DNA of 64,000 bases from Octopus vulgaris (lineage: Eukaryota): positions 45,756,001 to 45,820,000 of the forward strand of contig OX597814.1 of NCBI GenBank assembly GCA_951406725.2, in the 5' to 3' direction. This document shows positions 1 to 12,819 of this stretch, in pieces. Position 1 is the stretch's first letter; each line of letters begins with the position of its first letter. A program made the translations under genes and the position numbers. The notes under the pieces were generated by a model that had not been told where the DNA came from, made no database searches, and saw nothing but the letters and a program-made list of their open reading frames with translations.

Positions 1-48
1 TTCCAAAATAAAATACTGAAAAAAAAAAAGAAAAAAATTAAAGCTTAC

Positions 49-132
49 ATCAAGGCTGTCTCCAAATTCTAAGTCTTTAACTGCGATTACATTATCAAAA
101 GTAGTAATGTATTGTTGCTCTTTATCAGCCAT
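49..132 (-). CDS. Candidate alternative first coding exon (MADKEQQYITTFDNVIAVKDLEFGDSLD) of an unidentified gene continuing off the left edge
   Basis: ATG in attATGG context with an in-frame stop just upstream, 28 open codons, then donor GAT|GTAAGC in phase 0, the same phase as the exon at 5121-5507. Confidence 0.5.
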
Positions 133-1559
133 AATGACAAGTATTCATACAGCCTGCTAAATTATATATCTTAAGCAGGACAAAGGAACTTTCATGACAA
201 AATTCTTAAAATACTTTAGGAAGTGATTAAGCTCTCTTCTGCATTAATTCCATAAATGAACAAAACAAAAGATTTCATACTACATTAAAATTTCAGCATT
301 TTTAAAGATAAAAATAGAACTTTCAACAAACCAAAATCCAATTTAATTAATTAAAAATCAGTTTGGGAAGAATTTCAGATGATTTCTAGAAGATCACACT
401 CTAAATAAATACACCAACACACCTCTAAACATTCACACTAAATAGGTTCAACATTTAAACAAAGGTAGAATATAAACAACTTCCTTTTTTTCCCCCCTTC
501 CATTCCAACTAGGCACATACTGTGTTTTGCTTTTAGCAATAAAGTGAGAGGAAATGTAGTTTAGACTAAAATATAACAAGTGCAAAGTATGCTGGGCTTA
601 AATTACTATTTCCTCAACAAGTATCAACAGTTTATATAGAAGCAAGGATAAAATAATCAAGATGGAGTTGACAGGCTCAAGGAATAGTAAATTGTAAGAA
701 AAAGATAACTTTTTCTAAATATTTGAGTATTTCCACCCAAAGATTAACTTGATAAACACTTGATGAAGGATCACGCCAGCTTAAATTCTAATCCTATATA
801 CAACTTTCACTAACACCATAATTTTATACTGAGAACATTAACAAAAAAACTTCCAAAATACATCTTTCACTGTCTTTTTAGTATGCATTAAGAGATTCAT
901 TAGGAAAATAAAGAGAACAGTTTTGTATAAATTTTGATTGTGAACTTTTTCTGGATCACCAATATTCTTATTTGCAACACTATATTAATGAAGAAACAAA
1001 GCAACAATATTTCTAAAGATTAAATAAATATAAGTTTTATCCAAATCTACAGAAACAATTGTATTGTCTGATATAAAAAGACAGATTATAAAGATAATCC
1101 TATTAAATGAAATCATTATGTTGGCTTTGATGATTTTTAACTATAACAATAACCGTTTGATAAGTAGGAAGAAAGCTGATTTGTAAGTCTATCTTAAAAT
1201 GAACTTAATTATGAAAATTTAAAGATCATTCAAATGACATGTATATTATCTTAAAAACTGAATCAAGGACATAATTACTTCCTTGAAATTTATCTAACTA
1301 TATGATGATGATGATAATGATGTTCACTGAATACTCTGATTACACTGAGGCACTTTTTAACTGAATGGTTTGAGCAACTCTACACTTGACTATTTTTCTT
1401 CTTTCATATGTCCTCTCTACATTCAGATTTAGTTTAAAATACATCTTATTTTTTTTTCTTTTATATATTTTTACTTGTTTTAGTTACTGAACTCTAGCCA
1501 TGCAGAGTCACAACCTAGAAGAATTTAGTCTAGCAAACTGACCCCAATATTTTCTTATT

Positions 1560-1750
1560 GGTAAAAAGTACCCATGCTAGTCCATGAAAAGAGCACCCAG
1601 TACACTCTGTAATATGGTTGGCAGTAGGAAAAGCATCCCACTGTAGAAACCAAGCCAAATCAGACTGGAACCTGCAGCTCTCCAGCTTGCCAGCTCTGGT
1701 CAACCCACCCAACCCATACCAGAATGGAAAATGGATGGATGATGATGGTA
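1560..1750 (+). mobile_element. RTE LINE 3' terminal fragment
   Basis: aaaagagcacccagtacactct...ggaaaagcatcc...aacccat...(GAT)n tail, matching the 3' UTR of the RTE at 61254-63106. Confidence 0.75.
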
Positions 1751-1849
1751 TGGTATTTATTCTACAGGTCTTTTTCGATGAACTGCCAATTTTATGGGGA
1801 TGCAAAAAAACCAACATGGGCTGTCACGCAGTTGAAGGAACAGGAAACA

Positions 1850-1980
1850 AACAGGGCTTTCAGTTTCCATCTACTAATTTCACTCACAAGGTATTGGTTG
1901 GTCTAGCACTCTAGCAAAATGAATTTGCCCCAAAATCATATGGTTGCAAAGCAAGCTTCTTAACCATACAGCCATGCCTA
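1850..1980 (-). mobile_element. CORE-type tRNA SINE (family A), partial
   Basis: Reverse complement of the 5' half of the copy at 57365-57774 (ctttcagtttccatctac...ccatacagccatgcc). Confidence 0.7.
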
Positions 1981-2423
1981 AGTAAACCAAGAAGCAATAC
2001 ATCTAAATAAGGAAAAAAAAAAAAAAAAAAAAAAAAAACCAGACTGTCTTGGCAAAAAAGAGAAACTAAATGAACTGATTCCCACATTAAATTACACTTC
2101 ATTGCATTTAACTAAAATAGCTATTTTAGGTTCTAGATGGCAAATGAGCAGTAGAAATATGAAAATGTCAGAAACCTATCTAAAGGACAATATTAGACTA
2201 TTTTCACCATTAAGCACTTGATCTTGTTTAGAAAGTCATATTTAGACAACCACAACTTTTTTAAACCTAATCCAGTATAAGAAATTCTTTCGAGTTTCCT
2301 TATTCTTAATATTTTCTAAAAATCTACTGAACACTACATCCATTCTCAATTTTGTGATTTGTAACCAAGTTTCAGCCCTTTAAAATATGGGACTCAAAAA
2401 TGATTGTGGAACATAAAAATACA

Positions 2424-2750
2424 TGGCTATGGTTTCGGTCTCACTGTATGGAACCTTGGGCAAGCATCTGCTATAGCTTCGAACTGACCAAAGCCTTGTG
2501 AGCAGATTTGGTAGATGGAAACTGAAAGAAGTTTATCATGTATATGTGTGAGTGCTTTTGTGCTTGTGTTTGTCCCCATCTTACCACCTGATAACCAGTG
2601 TTCGTTTGTTTACATCCCCTGTAATGTGACTGTTCTGCAAGAGACCAATAGAACAAGTACCAAGTTTTTTTTAAAAAAAAGTACTAGGAAGTTCAAAGGG
2701 GAACCCTAGCATGGACATCTAATGACAAACAAGTAAAAGTTAAAGATAAA
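2424..2750 (+). mobile_element. CORE-type tRNA SINE (family A)
   Basis: accttgggcaag core, then accaaagccttgtgag...tttggtagatggaaactgaaagaag, and an aagtaaaag tail. Confidence 0.8.
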
Positions 2751-3159
2751 TAAAAAGAATAGTCTTAAAGATATAAGATCGCTGACCACAAGAAGAAGAA
2801 AAAAACGAATTAAAAAACTTGCTTAATTTTACCATTTTCAACTATTTATTTATATATTGTTTTACTTTTTGATTTATACGAAGACTTGAAAAAGCACTTT
2901 AGAATGCTCATGTTCTTAATACATGATATTGAAAAAACAATATTTTATTTCACATTAAATCCGTAAGTAAACTGAACGAATAATTAAGACAAGAAATGTT
3001 CCAGGTTCCATTCTATCTGTAACAATTCTACCGTAGCATTGAGTTTGACTAAATCCTTTTGTAAGTGGGATTCAATACAGTGGAAACCTGTCACCAGTTG
3101 GTAGCCTATGCTCGACTACTTACGATTTCAATAGGTACCTCACACACATCAAGAGTTGA

Positions 3160-3420
3160 TTCATAGATATCATTTCGCTCGCCACTTCGCCAATAACGCT
3201 CGTATCCAGGGCTTTCCCTCCTCTTGGCAATCAACGCTTCCACAGTATTCTTAAGTTACATTTGCTGTCATAGTGATCTGTGTGTTCTTTCCGTCCACAG
3301 AATTGTTTTTCTCCAGCATCACATTTCGAATACATCAATTTTTCTTCTATCTTAAGTTAAACTGTCCTGTTTTAGCATTCATACATCATTATTGGATATA
3401 CGATTCATATTAATATCTCT
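3160..3420 (-). mobile_element. Degraded RTE (BovB-like) LINE C-terminal remnant
   Basis: Minus strand translates YEC...DRRKIDVFEM*CWRKTILWTERT, resembling the RTE motif YGCESW...IDAFEMWCWRRMLRIPWT. Confidence 0.65.
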
Positions 3421-5120
3421 TGCTCTTTGCAACAAATTGTTTGTAACCCTATTAAGGATTATAAGCTCACTCCTCGTATATTTGTGACCATTCTCGTGTC
3501 CCTTTATGTGCTTGAAACTTAGCTGTTCGACGAGAAATCGATAAAATAACAGACGAAAATAATGATCAATACGTCGGAAAGGACTTTTTTCAACTGATTA
3601 CTTTCATTCTGTAATACTTTTATTGTTCGATATTGTGAATATTTTCCTGATATTTTTCCGTCATGCCTTTGAATTTCATGTTAATAATGAATAACACCAA
3701 TCATGGTAATGGGAAGGAACTTAATGTCATTCTTAGAATCATGTGTTGAAGTGTTGGTATAAATACTTGGATAGGCATTGGGTTGATTTTCCAACAGTTA
3801 ACAACATTATAGTATTTAGATGTTTTTGTAAACCATACACACCAGAGGGTTATATCAGGTTTTGAAAAATATACGTAAATATAAAAGAATATGAATGAAG
3901 AAAATATTTTCTCTTGGTTCATCTTCAAGTATTCTAATAAATTTTCTAGTACTTGCAAGAAACTTCGCTTTCCACTTGTCGCTTCTTAAAGTTCGTCGAA
4001 ATGAAGTCTGATATATCAACTGAATTCTTGCGAATACTTCATCAGTCATGACCAGCTGATTTAATAGTTGATTTACAACACGGTTATTAAAGACAAAAAT
4101 CAAATAAGTAATTTATTCCTGCAAACACATCCGAGAATATGAATGCTTTTCTATGATTGTTACCTTTAATAGACTCCAAAACAAACAATAACGTTTCTGC
4201 TAAAATAGGAAACCATGACTCAAATATGCAATACCTTAACTATAATACCATTCTTCCCTTTCCTATTGATTATCCATCTACAACTGATATGAACTTCACG
4301 CCTCGTATATTAACATTTCTTTGTCATCACCTGCTCACATTTTTATTGTAACGAAACGGTAGAACAATCAAGTTTAGATTACACATGATATCAGTTCTTA
4401 ATGTAAACCTTTTTGTTTCAAGTCGTTTTAAAGAGTAAAACTGTTCATTAACAATTGCTATCCTTATAAGATACTGATGATAACATTCGAAAAATTAAAT
4501 CAATTTATTTATTTATTGACTTCATAATTAAAATAAAATAGCTAATAAATAATCAAATGACTTCCCCATTCTCTCGAGTACATCATAGCCTGTAGGTGTT
4601 GACACTTGTAGTTAATCTATACCCAAGAAATACGAGTGAATAGATTCTTACGGATAGAACTCATCAAAAAGTCGAATCACCTTTGACGGGATGTGTATTC
4701 GTATTCATAAGACTAAAAATCCGACAATTACATTCATTCATTATCTTTTCTTCTAGTTATAAAAACAATAACTTTCTATGTTATTTATAACTCAAAATAA
4801 ACATGAATATAATAAATAGAATTCAATTTATGACTAAATCAGCATGGGACTGCAAATAGAGAGACAAGCTGAACAGATGGAAGTTGAAGGAGGTAGGGTA
4901 GGGCAAATCTGAGTCAGAGGCTAAATTAATACAATTAATAATAAATGTTAAAAGAATAAAACAAATAATACCTAATATGGAAAAAAAGATAATTATATTT
5001 CGATGCGTCGTGATCCAAAAGAAGAACATAGGGACAAATTTGGTCATAGTTATATATTGAACCTATCAAAGCGGAACACAAGACAATTCAATCGGAATCG
5101 AAGGAGGAAATAGTACTTAC

Positions 5121-5507
5121 AGCCAACTTGGAATTTTCTTTGTTATAATCTGTATTTATAATAGTATTTGATACACCGTTAACAGGTTTATTTTCAGAGC
5201 TCGGAGACCAGTCAGAGACACCAGTTATATGTACATTGTTTACTGTTGTTGTACTAGACATGGTAGAAGTTAATTGGATTGGGGTACCACCACTAATGTT
5301 TTGGGATGAATTTCCTTCTCCATTAGCAATCCGGGAAGAGGTCATAAGTATAGGATTCACATCAGGCTTCTCGCACAAAAGACGGGATTTGTCAACAACT
5401 TTAGGTCTGTCAATATCGTCTCGACGGAAACTAGATTTCAAAAGTCTTGTTCTTTCAGCCACGGAAGGCGGTTTTTCTGGTGGTGGAGGTGCAGATCCAC
5501 GATTCAT
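5121..5507 (-). CDS. First coding exon (129 aa, Pro/Ser/Thr/Asn-rich, probably a disordered N-terminus) of an unidentified gene
   Basis: ORF MNRGSAPPPPEKPPSVAERTRLLKSSFRRDD...ENSKLA with higher GC/CpG than flanks and no repeat similarity. It ends at a consensus donor GCT|GTAAGT at 5121/5120, phase 0. Confidence 0.8.
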
Positions 5508-5920
5508 TCTTTACACCACAACAATGATATATCAGATACTGAAGGTTTAACTGAGTTTGTTTAACCAGCTGCAAGTTTTCAAAACTTTCTCACTCACCCG
5601 AAGTGAACATTTAGTCAGTTTCGATAGCGTTGAGAATGAAACATAATATTACACACTAAACGTGTTGTTGCGGCAGTCGTAACAGCAGCAGCAGCAATAA
5701 AGATGACGGTGGTATAGTAAGCGCTGATAAGTAGAATTAGTAGGGAGATGGGGAAGACGGAAGAAGGAGACAGTGAAGAAAAAAAATTTGATTCAAATCA
5801 TTGCCAATCCTTAGCTCCATTTTGTTTAAATAAAGCCTGTTACTCGGTTATTTTGCGACTATGAAATAAGGCATATAATATTTACCAGATGTCGTAAAAT
5901 TCGTTTACGAACAGCAGAAG
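5508..5920 (-). promoter_or_regulatory. Probable 5' UTR/promoter of the minus-strand gene
   Basis: Repeat-free, relatively CpG-retaining sequence directly upstream of the first exon. No TSS can be located. Confidence 0.45.
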
Positions 5921-6422
5921 AAAAAAGTAAATTATTTAAAACAGTAATGACTAAAATAGGCCTAGTGAAATATACAAATGTGTAATTTTTGGGGGCCTAT
6001 TTATGTTATAAAATATATTTAAATATTTTAAAATCTGTTTAAATGTTGTGAAAATAAGGATAGAATGAAATAAAATGCTCAACGAAAGACTGGTGAAATG
6101 TCATCAGTTGTTGTTACTTTCACAATAGTTATAACAAATTGCTACAATTTCTTAATAACTATATAGTGAAGGTAAACAGCAAGAATTCTCTTAGCAAATA
6201 ATATTCACAATTTTTATCTTGGTGTTTGGAAAGAGATGGCGGTCAGTTTTAGAAAGATATGTAAGCAACGCAGAATTAAACTTCAATGAAAAAAGTAAAT
6301 GATTATTGTTGGTGATTTTTTTTTTACGTGACTATATAAGCGTTATTTTGACATATACAATATATACACATACAATACATCTAGCTACATTCATACATAC
6401 GTAAACACATATATACATAAAA

Positions 6423-6430
<8 letters not shown>

Positions 6431-6484
<54 letters not shown>
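6431..6484. repeat. (TA)n/(CA)n microsatellite
   Basis: Seen directly. Confidence 0.95.
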
Positions 6485-6485
<1 letters not shown>

Positions 6486-6689
6486 TAGGTATATATGGAA
6501 GTATATACACACGTGTTTTGTGTGTGTGTGTGTACACAGGCAGGGCTAAGTGGTTAAGAAATTTGCTTCGAGCCTACGAGGACCTGAGTTCCAATCCTGC
6601 TGTGCGGCAACCTGAGCAAGTGTACTTGCCATCGCCTTGTGAGTTAATTGTAGTTCAAAAGTTCAGCCTTGTTACACTTGTGTTACTAG

Positions 6690-6900
6690 TCATCATCATT
6701 TAACGTCCGTTTTCTATGCTGGTATGGGTTTGACAGTTTGACCCAGGCTCCACTGTCAGTTCTGGCAGGGTTTCTACAGCTGGATGCCCTTCCTAACACC
6801 AACTACTTCACAGTGTGTACTAGCTGCATTTTATGTGGCACAATCACCAGTGCTTTTAACATGGCACTAGCATGAGAAGTGGCACCAGCACTAGTGTCTG
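6690..6900 (-). mobile_element. RTE LINE 3' terminal fragment
   Basis: catcatcatttaacgtccgtttt...tttctacagctggatgcccttcctaac is the reverse complement of the RTE 3' UTR. Confidence 0.8.
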
Positions 6901-7353
6901 TGGAATATCCAGCTGCTTTGCATATTAATTCAATGAATAGATTTTCCTGTTGATCAAACAGCTGGTTGCTTATATGTTGAAATTTATGTGCGTATGAGTC
7001 CATCTCACATGCACATTATATACATCACCATTTATGTTTTAACGTTCATTTTCCCATACTTGCATGGGTTGGACAGAATTTATATGGCAGATTTTCTATG
7101 GCTGGATGCCCTTCATGTTGTTAACCCTTACCTGTTTCCAGACAAGGTAATATTTCCCCAAAGCCAGACATGTTTCCACAGAATAAGAGAAATAAATGAC
7201 ATTCATTTACAACAATGATGACATGCAAAGACACAGAAATCATGATTTAGTTATTCTACAACTGCTGTTGGATACTTTTTGCCTGCTACCGATAATTTGT
7301 GCTTTTTAGCACTATATGGCTATATGAGATGCTTTCTCAAGATGAATGTTAGA

Positions 7354-7661
7354 GGCACAGACATGGCTGTGTGGTAGAAAGTTTGCTTCCCAACCACATG
7401 GAGCTCAGGTCAAGTCCCACTGAATGACACCTTGGGCAAGTGACTTCTGACTATAGCCTTGGGCCACTGAAAGCCCTGTGAGTGCATATGGTAGACGGAA
7501 ATTGAAAGACGCCTGTTGTGCATGTGTGTGTCCCCTATCACTGCTTGACAATCGGTGTTGATTTTTTTTAAGTTCCTGCAAATTAGCAGTTCAGTAAAAA
7601 TAAAAGGTATTGGGGGTCAATTTCTTTGACTAAAACCATCAAGGCTATGTGCCCTAGCATG
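7354..7661 (+). mobile_element. CORE-type tRNA SINE (family A)
   Basis: A box tggctgtgtgg and gacaccttgggcaagtg core. A minus-strand partial copy follows to about 7785. Confidence 0.8.
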
Positions 7662-7985
7662 CAATGCTTCGTTCAGTTTCTGTCAACTGGGCTATAGTAG
7701 AAGACACATGCCATGCAGCAGGACTGAACTTGAAACCATGTGGTTGTGAAGCAAATTTCTTTACTACATACCCATGCCTGTGCCTATATATATGGAGAGA
7801 ATGACATTCTGAATAGAGCAAAGCTTATTGAAATATTGGTTTGAAGCTGCGTTAAATTTCTAAAGACTAGATAAAGTCTGCGTTCATAATTTCAACAAGA
7901 GTTCTAACAAATATTTCTATAAAATTCCTCCAACTCAGAAAAGTCATTCAATAGATGACTGTAAAAATTATTACAAAAGACTAAA

Positions 7986-8651
7986 CCCTTTAGCATTTAA
8001 ACCAGCCATACCTGGCCAGAATATTTCTACCTGTTTTATATTCAAACTAACCAAATCTAGCCCCTCACTCCTACTCTACAATGTCATTCTAAAAATAAAT
8101 TACCATATTGAAATTTTGAAGTTATGAGATAATTCATGATTAATTCAAGGACAGCTGCATAAAGAAGTGCCAAGCTCTAATTGAGGAGGGAACCTGTGGG
8201 AAGGGTAAACCTAGGAAGACATGGGAGGAAGTGGTGAGAAAGGATCTTTGGGTGTTGGGCATCACTAAGATAATGACAAAGAACTGGGAGTTCTGGCAAT
8301 TTGCTGTACTTGAGAAGACACACCAAGCTAAGTAAAACTCCTGTCATTTATACATACAGGTTTGTACTTTACAAGTGCCAGTGCCACATAAAATGCACTT
8401 GTGCCAGTGCTGTATGAGTGTACCTGTGTCGGTGGCACATAAAAAGCACCCAGTACACACTGTAAAGTGGTTGGTGTTAGGAAGGGCATCCAGCCATAAA
8501 ATCCATGCCATGGCAGACAACTGGAGTCTCAACAGCTCAATGTCAAACTATCAACTCATGCCTGCATGGAAAACGGATGTTAAATGGTGATATGATATGA
8601 ATGTGAATAAATAGGCATTATGTTTAACAGAATAATCTGAATGCAACAGGG
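7986..8651 (+). mobile_element. piggyBac-type MITE (family 1) interrupted by an RTE 3' fragment
   Basis: Starts cccttTAGcatttaaaccagcc like 12599, breaks near 8146, resumes near 8601 (atgtgaataaataggcatta) and ends caggg-TTAA. Confidence 0.8.
8147..8600 (+). mobile_element. 5'-truncated RTE LINE (ORF end plus 3' UTR) nested in the MITE
   Basis: Translates GTCGKGKPRKTWEEVVRKDL, matching the RTE C-terminus, followed by the ggaagggcatccagc 3' UTR module. Confidence 0.85.
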
Positions 8652-9092
8652 TTAAATTCTTTCCTATCTTTTCTCCTCACATTATCACTTGTACATCTAT
8701 GTATAATTTGTAATTTTACTAATGTTGTTTTCAGTATCACCTGACTGATTCCAAAAAATAGGTTCACTACTGCATGATTAATAGTTCACTCAATCAATCA
8801 GTTGTTTAGTCAGAGATCTTTCATTGCTATTCCTCATCAATGGTATGCCCCTATAATTCCAGGTCTATTATTATGTATCCAATCTCGTCATATATGGTAA
8901 ACCTCAAGCACTGAGATAAACTTTTTTTTCTTTGATATTCATGGGGAAATGTGTTTTGTTTTGAGTTTGCATGTCAATGAGAATGATAAACTTAATCAAA
9001 CATAACATTTGTAGCTATTGTTATGGTTTTGGTTTTGTTGCTGGTATGATATCTGAGGACATGGCACACATTCTATGCAGCAGCACTTTTAA

Positions 9093-9310
9093 CCCTTTTG
9101 TTACCAACCTGTCTGAGACTGCCTCTAATTCTATGAGCCAAACTTCTTATTTTAAATGCAGTCTAAATTAAAACCTTTCATCAAAATTTCATATTAATAC
9201 GTGTTCCAAACACCAGCTTAACAATGGCAAAGTTATTTTACTAAATTACTCATTATTTTCAAAATTAGCTGAAACAAAGACTGTATTTAAATAGAATACG
9301 AACAAAAGGG
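9093..9310. mobile_element. piggyBac-type MITE (family 2), 218 bp
   Basis: TTAA-CCCTTTTGTT...AACAAAAGGG-TTAA: perfect 10 bp TIR and TTAA on both sides. Confidence 0.85.
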
Positions 9311-9919
9311 TTAATATCTGATAGCTACTGCATGTGCATCACATGACAATATTGTATTGCTTAATTATGTAAACATATACATAACCGCACACAAACATGT
9401 ATCTAATTTCAAAGATATTTTTCAAATTCTTCATGCTGGGATGGATTCATGACAGAAAATGTAACTTAAGTTTCAAAATCCATTTGCTAGAAATTGCAGT
9501 CATACATCTATCTAACCCATTGGGACACATTATCAAAATGTTAAGTATGATAATCAAGAACTTCTGAAATGCTTTAAACACATTTCTCATTTGATCTTCT
9601 GTGTCTGTCTAGCTACTTCTATTTGTCTACCCATGTATCTAACTTCCACCCCATCTATCTGTCTGTCTATATATCTATCTATGCATTTATCCATCTACGT
9701 ATTTATCTACCTATCTATATGTCTACCAATTTGTCTGAGTTCCTCTTTCTCAGTTTTATATCTATTCACCTACCTATCTAAAAAAAAAAAAAAGTGGTGC
9801 TCATGGCTGGAATATGTTCTCATCAAAACAGCGAATGCAAAGCTCAAGAAATTCACAAAAGTTGATTCAAGCACACACACACACACACACACGTGTGCGC
9901 ACACACACACACACACGTT

Positions 9920-10134
9920 TATATATTTGTTTTGCAAGATTTTTTATGTGAAATCATGTGTTGAAACAGATATTGTTGTATTTAGGAATGGTCATTTTGC
10001 CAGTTTAGAACTCTGGCCGAAATAAGATTAAGATTAATGTAAAATATAAATAACGCAAAGTAACACCAAATATATAGTGCGTGTGTTTTTATTGGCTAAA
10101 CTGGCAAAATGACCATTCCTAAATACAACAATAT
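9920..10134 (-). mobile_element. Foldback insertion, probable Penelope-like element (PLE) remnant
   Basis: Perfect 39 bp inverted arms (9970-10008 and 10096-10134), 87 bp spacer, ~50 bp unique tail, set in a TA/CA microsatellite with a 26 bp flanking direct repeat. The PLE assignment is inferred from architecture. Confidence 0.6.
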
Positions 10135-10683
10135 ATATATATAATTCACAAAAGTTGATTCAAGCACATTATATATATATATATATATGCACACACACAC
10201 ACACATACACACACATCTATCTATAAACCAATCTATCTATATCTATCTGCTTATCTATTTACTCCTCTCTTTATTTATTCACTTATCTTCCAGATAGCCA
10301 TCCATAAATAAAATGGCTTTAGAGATGCCAGTCATCATGTTTTGTTTCAATCAGATCACATGTTCTCATCAAAAATAAATGTAAAACTAAGGAATTTCAT
10401 CCATGTTGATTTAAACCTACCTGCATATCAAAGGATGATCCTACCACTTCCTAGCTATGCTCAAAACCTTTCCAAATTTCCTCCCAGCACATCTGAAAGC
10501 AGTCCACCCTTGATCATATATAGTAATGCCATTGGATGGACCTTATTTCTCAAACTAGCTTTTACAATCAAGAATAGTAATACACATGAAAGAAACTACT
10601 AAGTTGGGTTAAATACCAGCATGCCACAAATTTGTTTCATTATGGCTAACTTGTGACTACATAACCACAACACCAGACACATA

Positions 10684-11166
10684 GAAAATGATTTCCTCCA
10701 TTAGCAACCAACAGATCATCCAAAGATACAGGGTTCAATTCCACTTCTTTACAAGTAGTAAAAGAGAAATACATAGTTACTGGTCTATGAAGAAATTATC
10801 TATATAAGTACTAAAGAGAAAAAGAATGTTTCTCAAAAGCTATGCCAATAACCCTATTTTGATTCTGAGTTAATATTTTCTAGTTTTATTTATAACGATA
10901 ACTTATGAGGAAAGAAATGAATCCCATTACATCCTGCTCTTATGTAAACCTAAAGTTTGTACTCTGATGTAAGAAAACAATGTCTCTACTATAATAGCTG
11001 AAACTTGAGCTAGTTTCTCTTCTCTTGATGACTAATGGCAACAAAAATTGTAATTTCCTTTGACAAGAATCAAGGCCAATTGAAAATGATTTCCTCCATT
11101 AGCAATCAACAAATCATCCAAAGATACAGGGTTCAATTCCACTTTTTCACAAGTAGTAAAAGAGAA
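10684..11166 (+). repeat. 85 bp direct repeat pair (10684-10768 and 11082-11166)
   Basis: gaaaatgatttcctccattagc...aagtagtaaaagagaa occurs twice with 4 mismatches. Confidence 0.9.
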
Positions 11167-12082
11167 CTAATTTCAATGTGCTTATTTAACCACAGTAGGA
11201 TTTGAACTCTTGAGATCATAGGGTGGGCAAGGATTAATTACTAAAATCAAATTTTTTTGTCAACTTTTCACCCTATAAACACCAAGAAATATTATTATGT
11301 AATTAAAATGTTAACAATTAATATTCAATAAATAACTGCAAATATAAAGTTAAAAATTGTGAAATTGTTAGATCACTTAAGGAGGGGAGGAAGAAAAATA
11401 ATTTATTTACAACAAAATTTACTACTATAAAGTAATATAGATATATATAATTACACCCAACTAGGATTGAACATTTCACACCACTGTACAAAAATGATTC
11501 AATGTAAACATAACAAATGGATTACTTAGAATTACTTTTGCAAGTCCATGGTAATAAGTAACTAATGAAATTCTGTCAACACCTCATATATTGTAGTATA
11601 GAAAAACTGTAAAGATATAATTTCTCTATACCATGAAAGGTGAAATGAAATTATAGAGCAGGTAATTAGTACATCTGAACTATAAGCATTTTGAGAAAAA
11701 TGATACCCTGCACGTGCAAGAAAAATTTATCAAGATTATACATAAGGACATCAGTTTGCTTACTGTCACCTATCAATACCATACAAGCTCTACTTTAATG
11801 TTGTAACATTAGTGAGCTTGCCATTCTGAAAGTAAGAAAACTTTTTAAAAAATATTTTATGTGAGCATGCATGTGGTGAGGACTGTCAAAGAGGAGAGAC
11901 AAATAAAGGTAAGTAGGATGATTAATGTATTGGATTAACAGCTTTTCATTGTTATTGGTAAAATAGGGTATGTGCTAACAAAAACGTTTTTGTCCATGAA
12001 CAAACTAAGGGTATTGCGATGATTTCTCTCAGAATTATGGTAATAATCACTTAATCCACATATTTTCAATTTACTTATGCTA

Positions 12083-12083
<1 letters not shown>

Positions 12084-12130
<47 letters not shown>
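12084..12130. repeat. (CA)n microsatellite
   Basis: Seen directly. Confidence 0.95.
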
Positions 12131-12134
<4 letters not shown>

Positions 12135-12154
12135 AATATCTTAATTACTATTTA

Positions 12155-12560
12155 GGTGACAAACTGATAGAATTAGTAGTGGTGAAAAATATGCCTGGCA
12201 GTATTTGTTCTAGATCTTTATGTTCTGAGTTCAAATCCTGCTGTGGTCAACTTTGATTTTCATCACTCTAGGGTTGATGAAATATAGTGCCAGTCATGTA
12301 CTGACTAACCCCTCCCTTCAAAATTGCTAACCTTGTGCTTAAATGTGAAACTTTATTACAGGTGATGAGCTAGCAGAATTGTCAGAGTGTCAGAAAAAAT
12401 GCTTTGTGATATTTGTTCTGTATCTTTATGACCTGAATTCAATTCCCACTAGGATCATCTTTGCCTTTCATCCTTCCAGGGTTGATAAAATAAAGTACCT
12501 GTCAAGTACTGAAGTCAATGGTATTGACTATTTCTCTGCTCAAAGCTGTTGGCCTTGTAA
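12155..12560 (+). mobile_element. Two tandem degraded Meta-domain SINEs (family B)
   Basis: gttctgagttcaaatcc B box and tttgcctttcatccttccagggttgataaaataaagtacc Meta-like domain, each present twice. Confidence 0.75.
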
Positions 12561-12598
12561 GAGCTTTTTAAAATTGGCTGTAATTCACTCAAGCTTAA

Positions 12599-12819
12599 CC
12601 CTTTAGCATTTAAACCGGCCATATCCGGCCAAAAGTATTCTGCCTGTTTTATGGTCAAACTGGCCAGCTCTGGTCTCTCACACCAGCCCTACAATATCAT
12701 TTTAAAATTAACAGCTACCTCATCAAAATCTCATAGCTACAAGATAATGCATGATTAGTTCAACACAATGTGGATAAAAAAAGCATTAATTTTGGCAGAA
12801 TAACGTGAACACTAAAGGG
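12599..12819 (+). mobile_element. piggyBac-type MITE (family 1), intact 221 bp
   Basis: TTAA-CCCTTTAG...CTAAAGGG-TTAA, with homologous copies at 7986, 33435 and 49343. Confidence 0.9.

Noticed and set aside
3700-4103. Minus-strand ORFs that look protein-like
   Set aside because: Only a faint hAT-like echo (EYL...NCWK...AYPSI) across frames and no convincing splice sites. Too weak to call.
5236-5550. Plus-strand 104 aa ORF
   Set aside because: Antisense shadow of the minus-strand exon.
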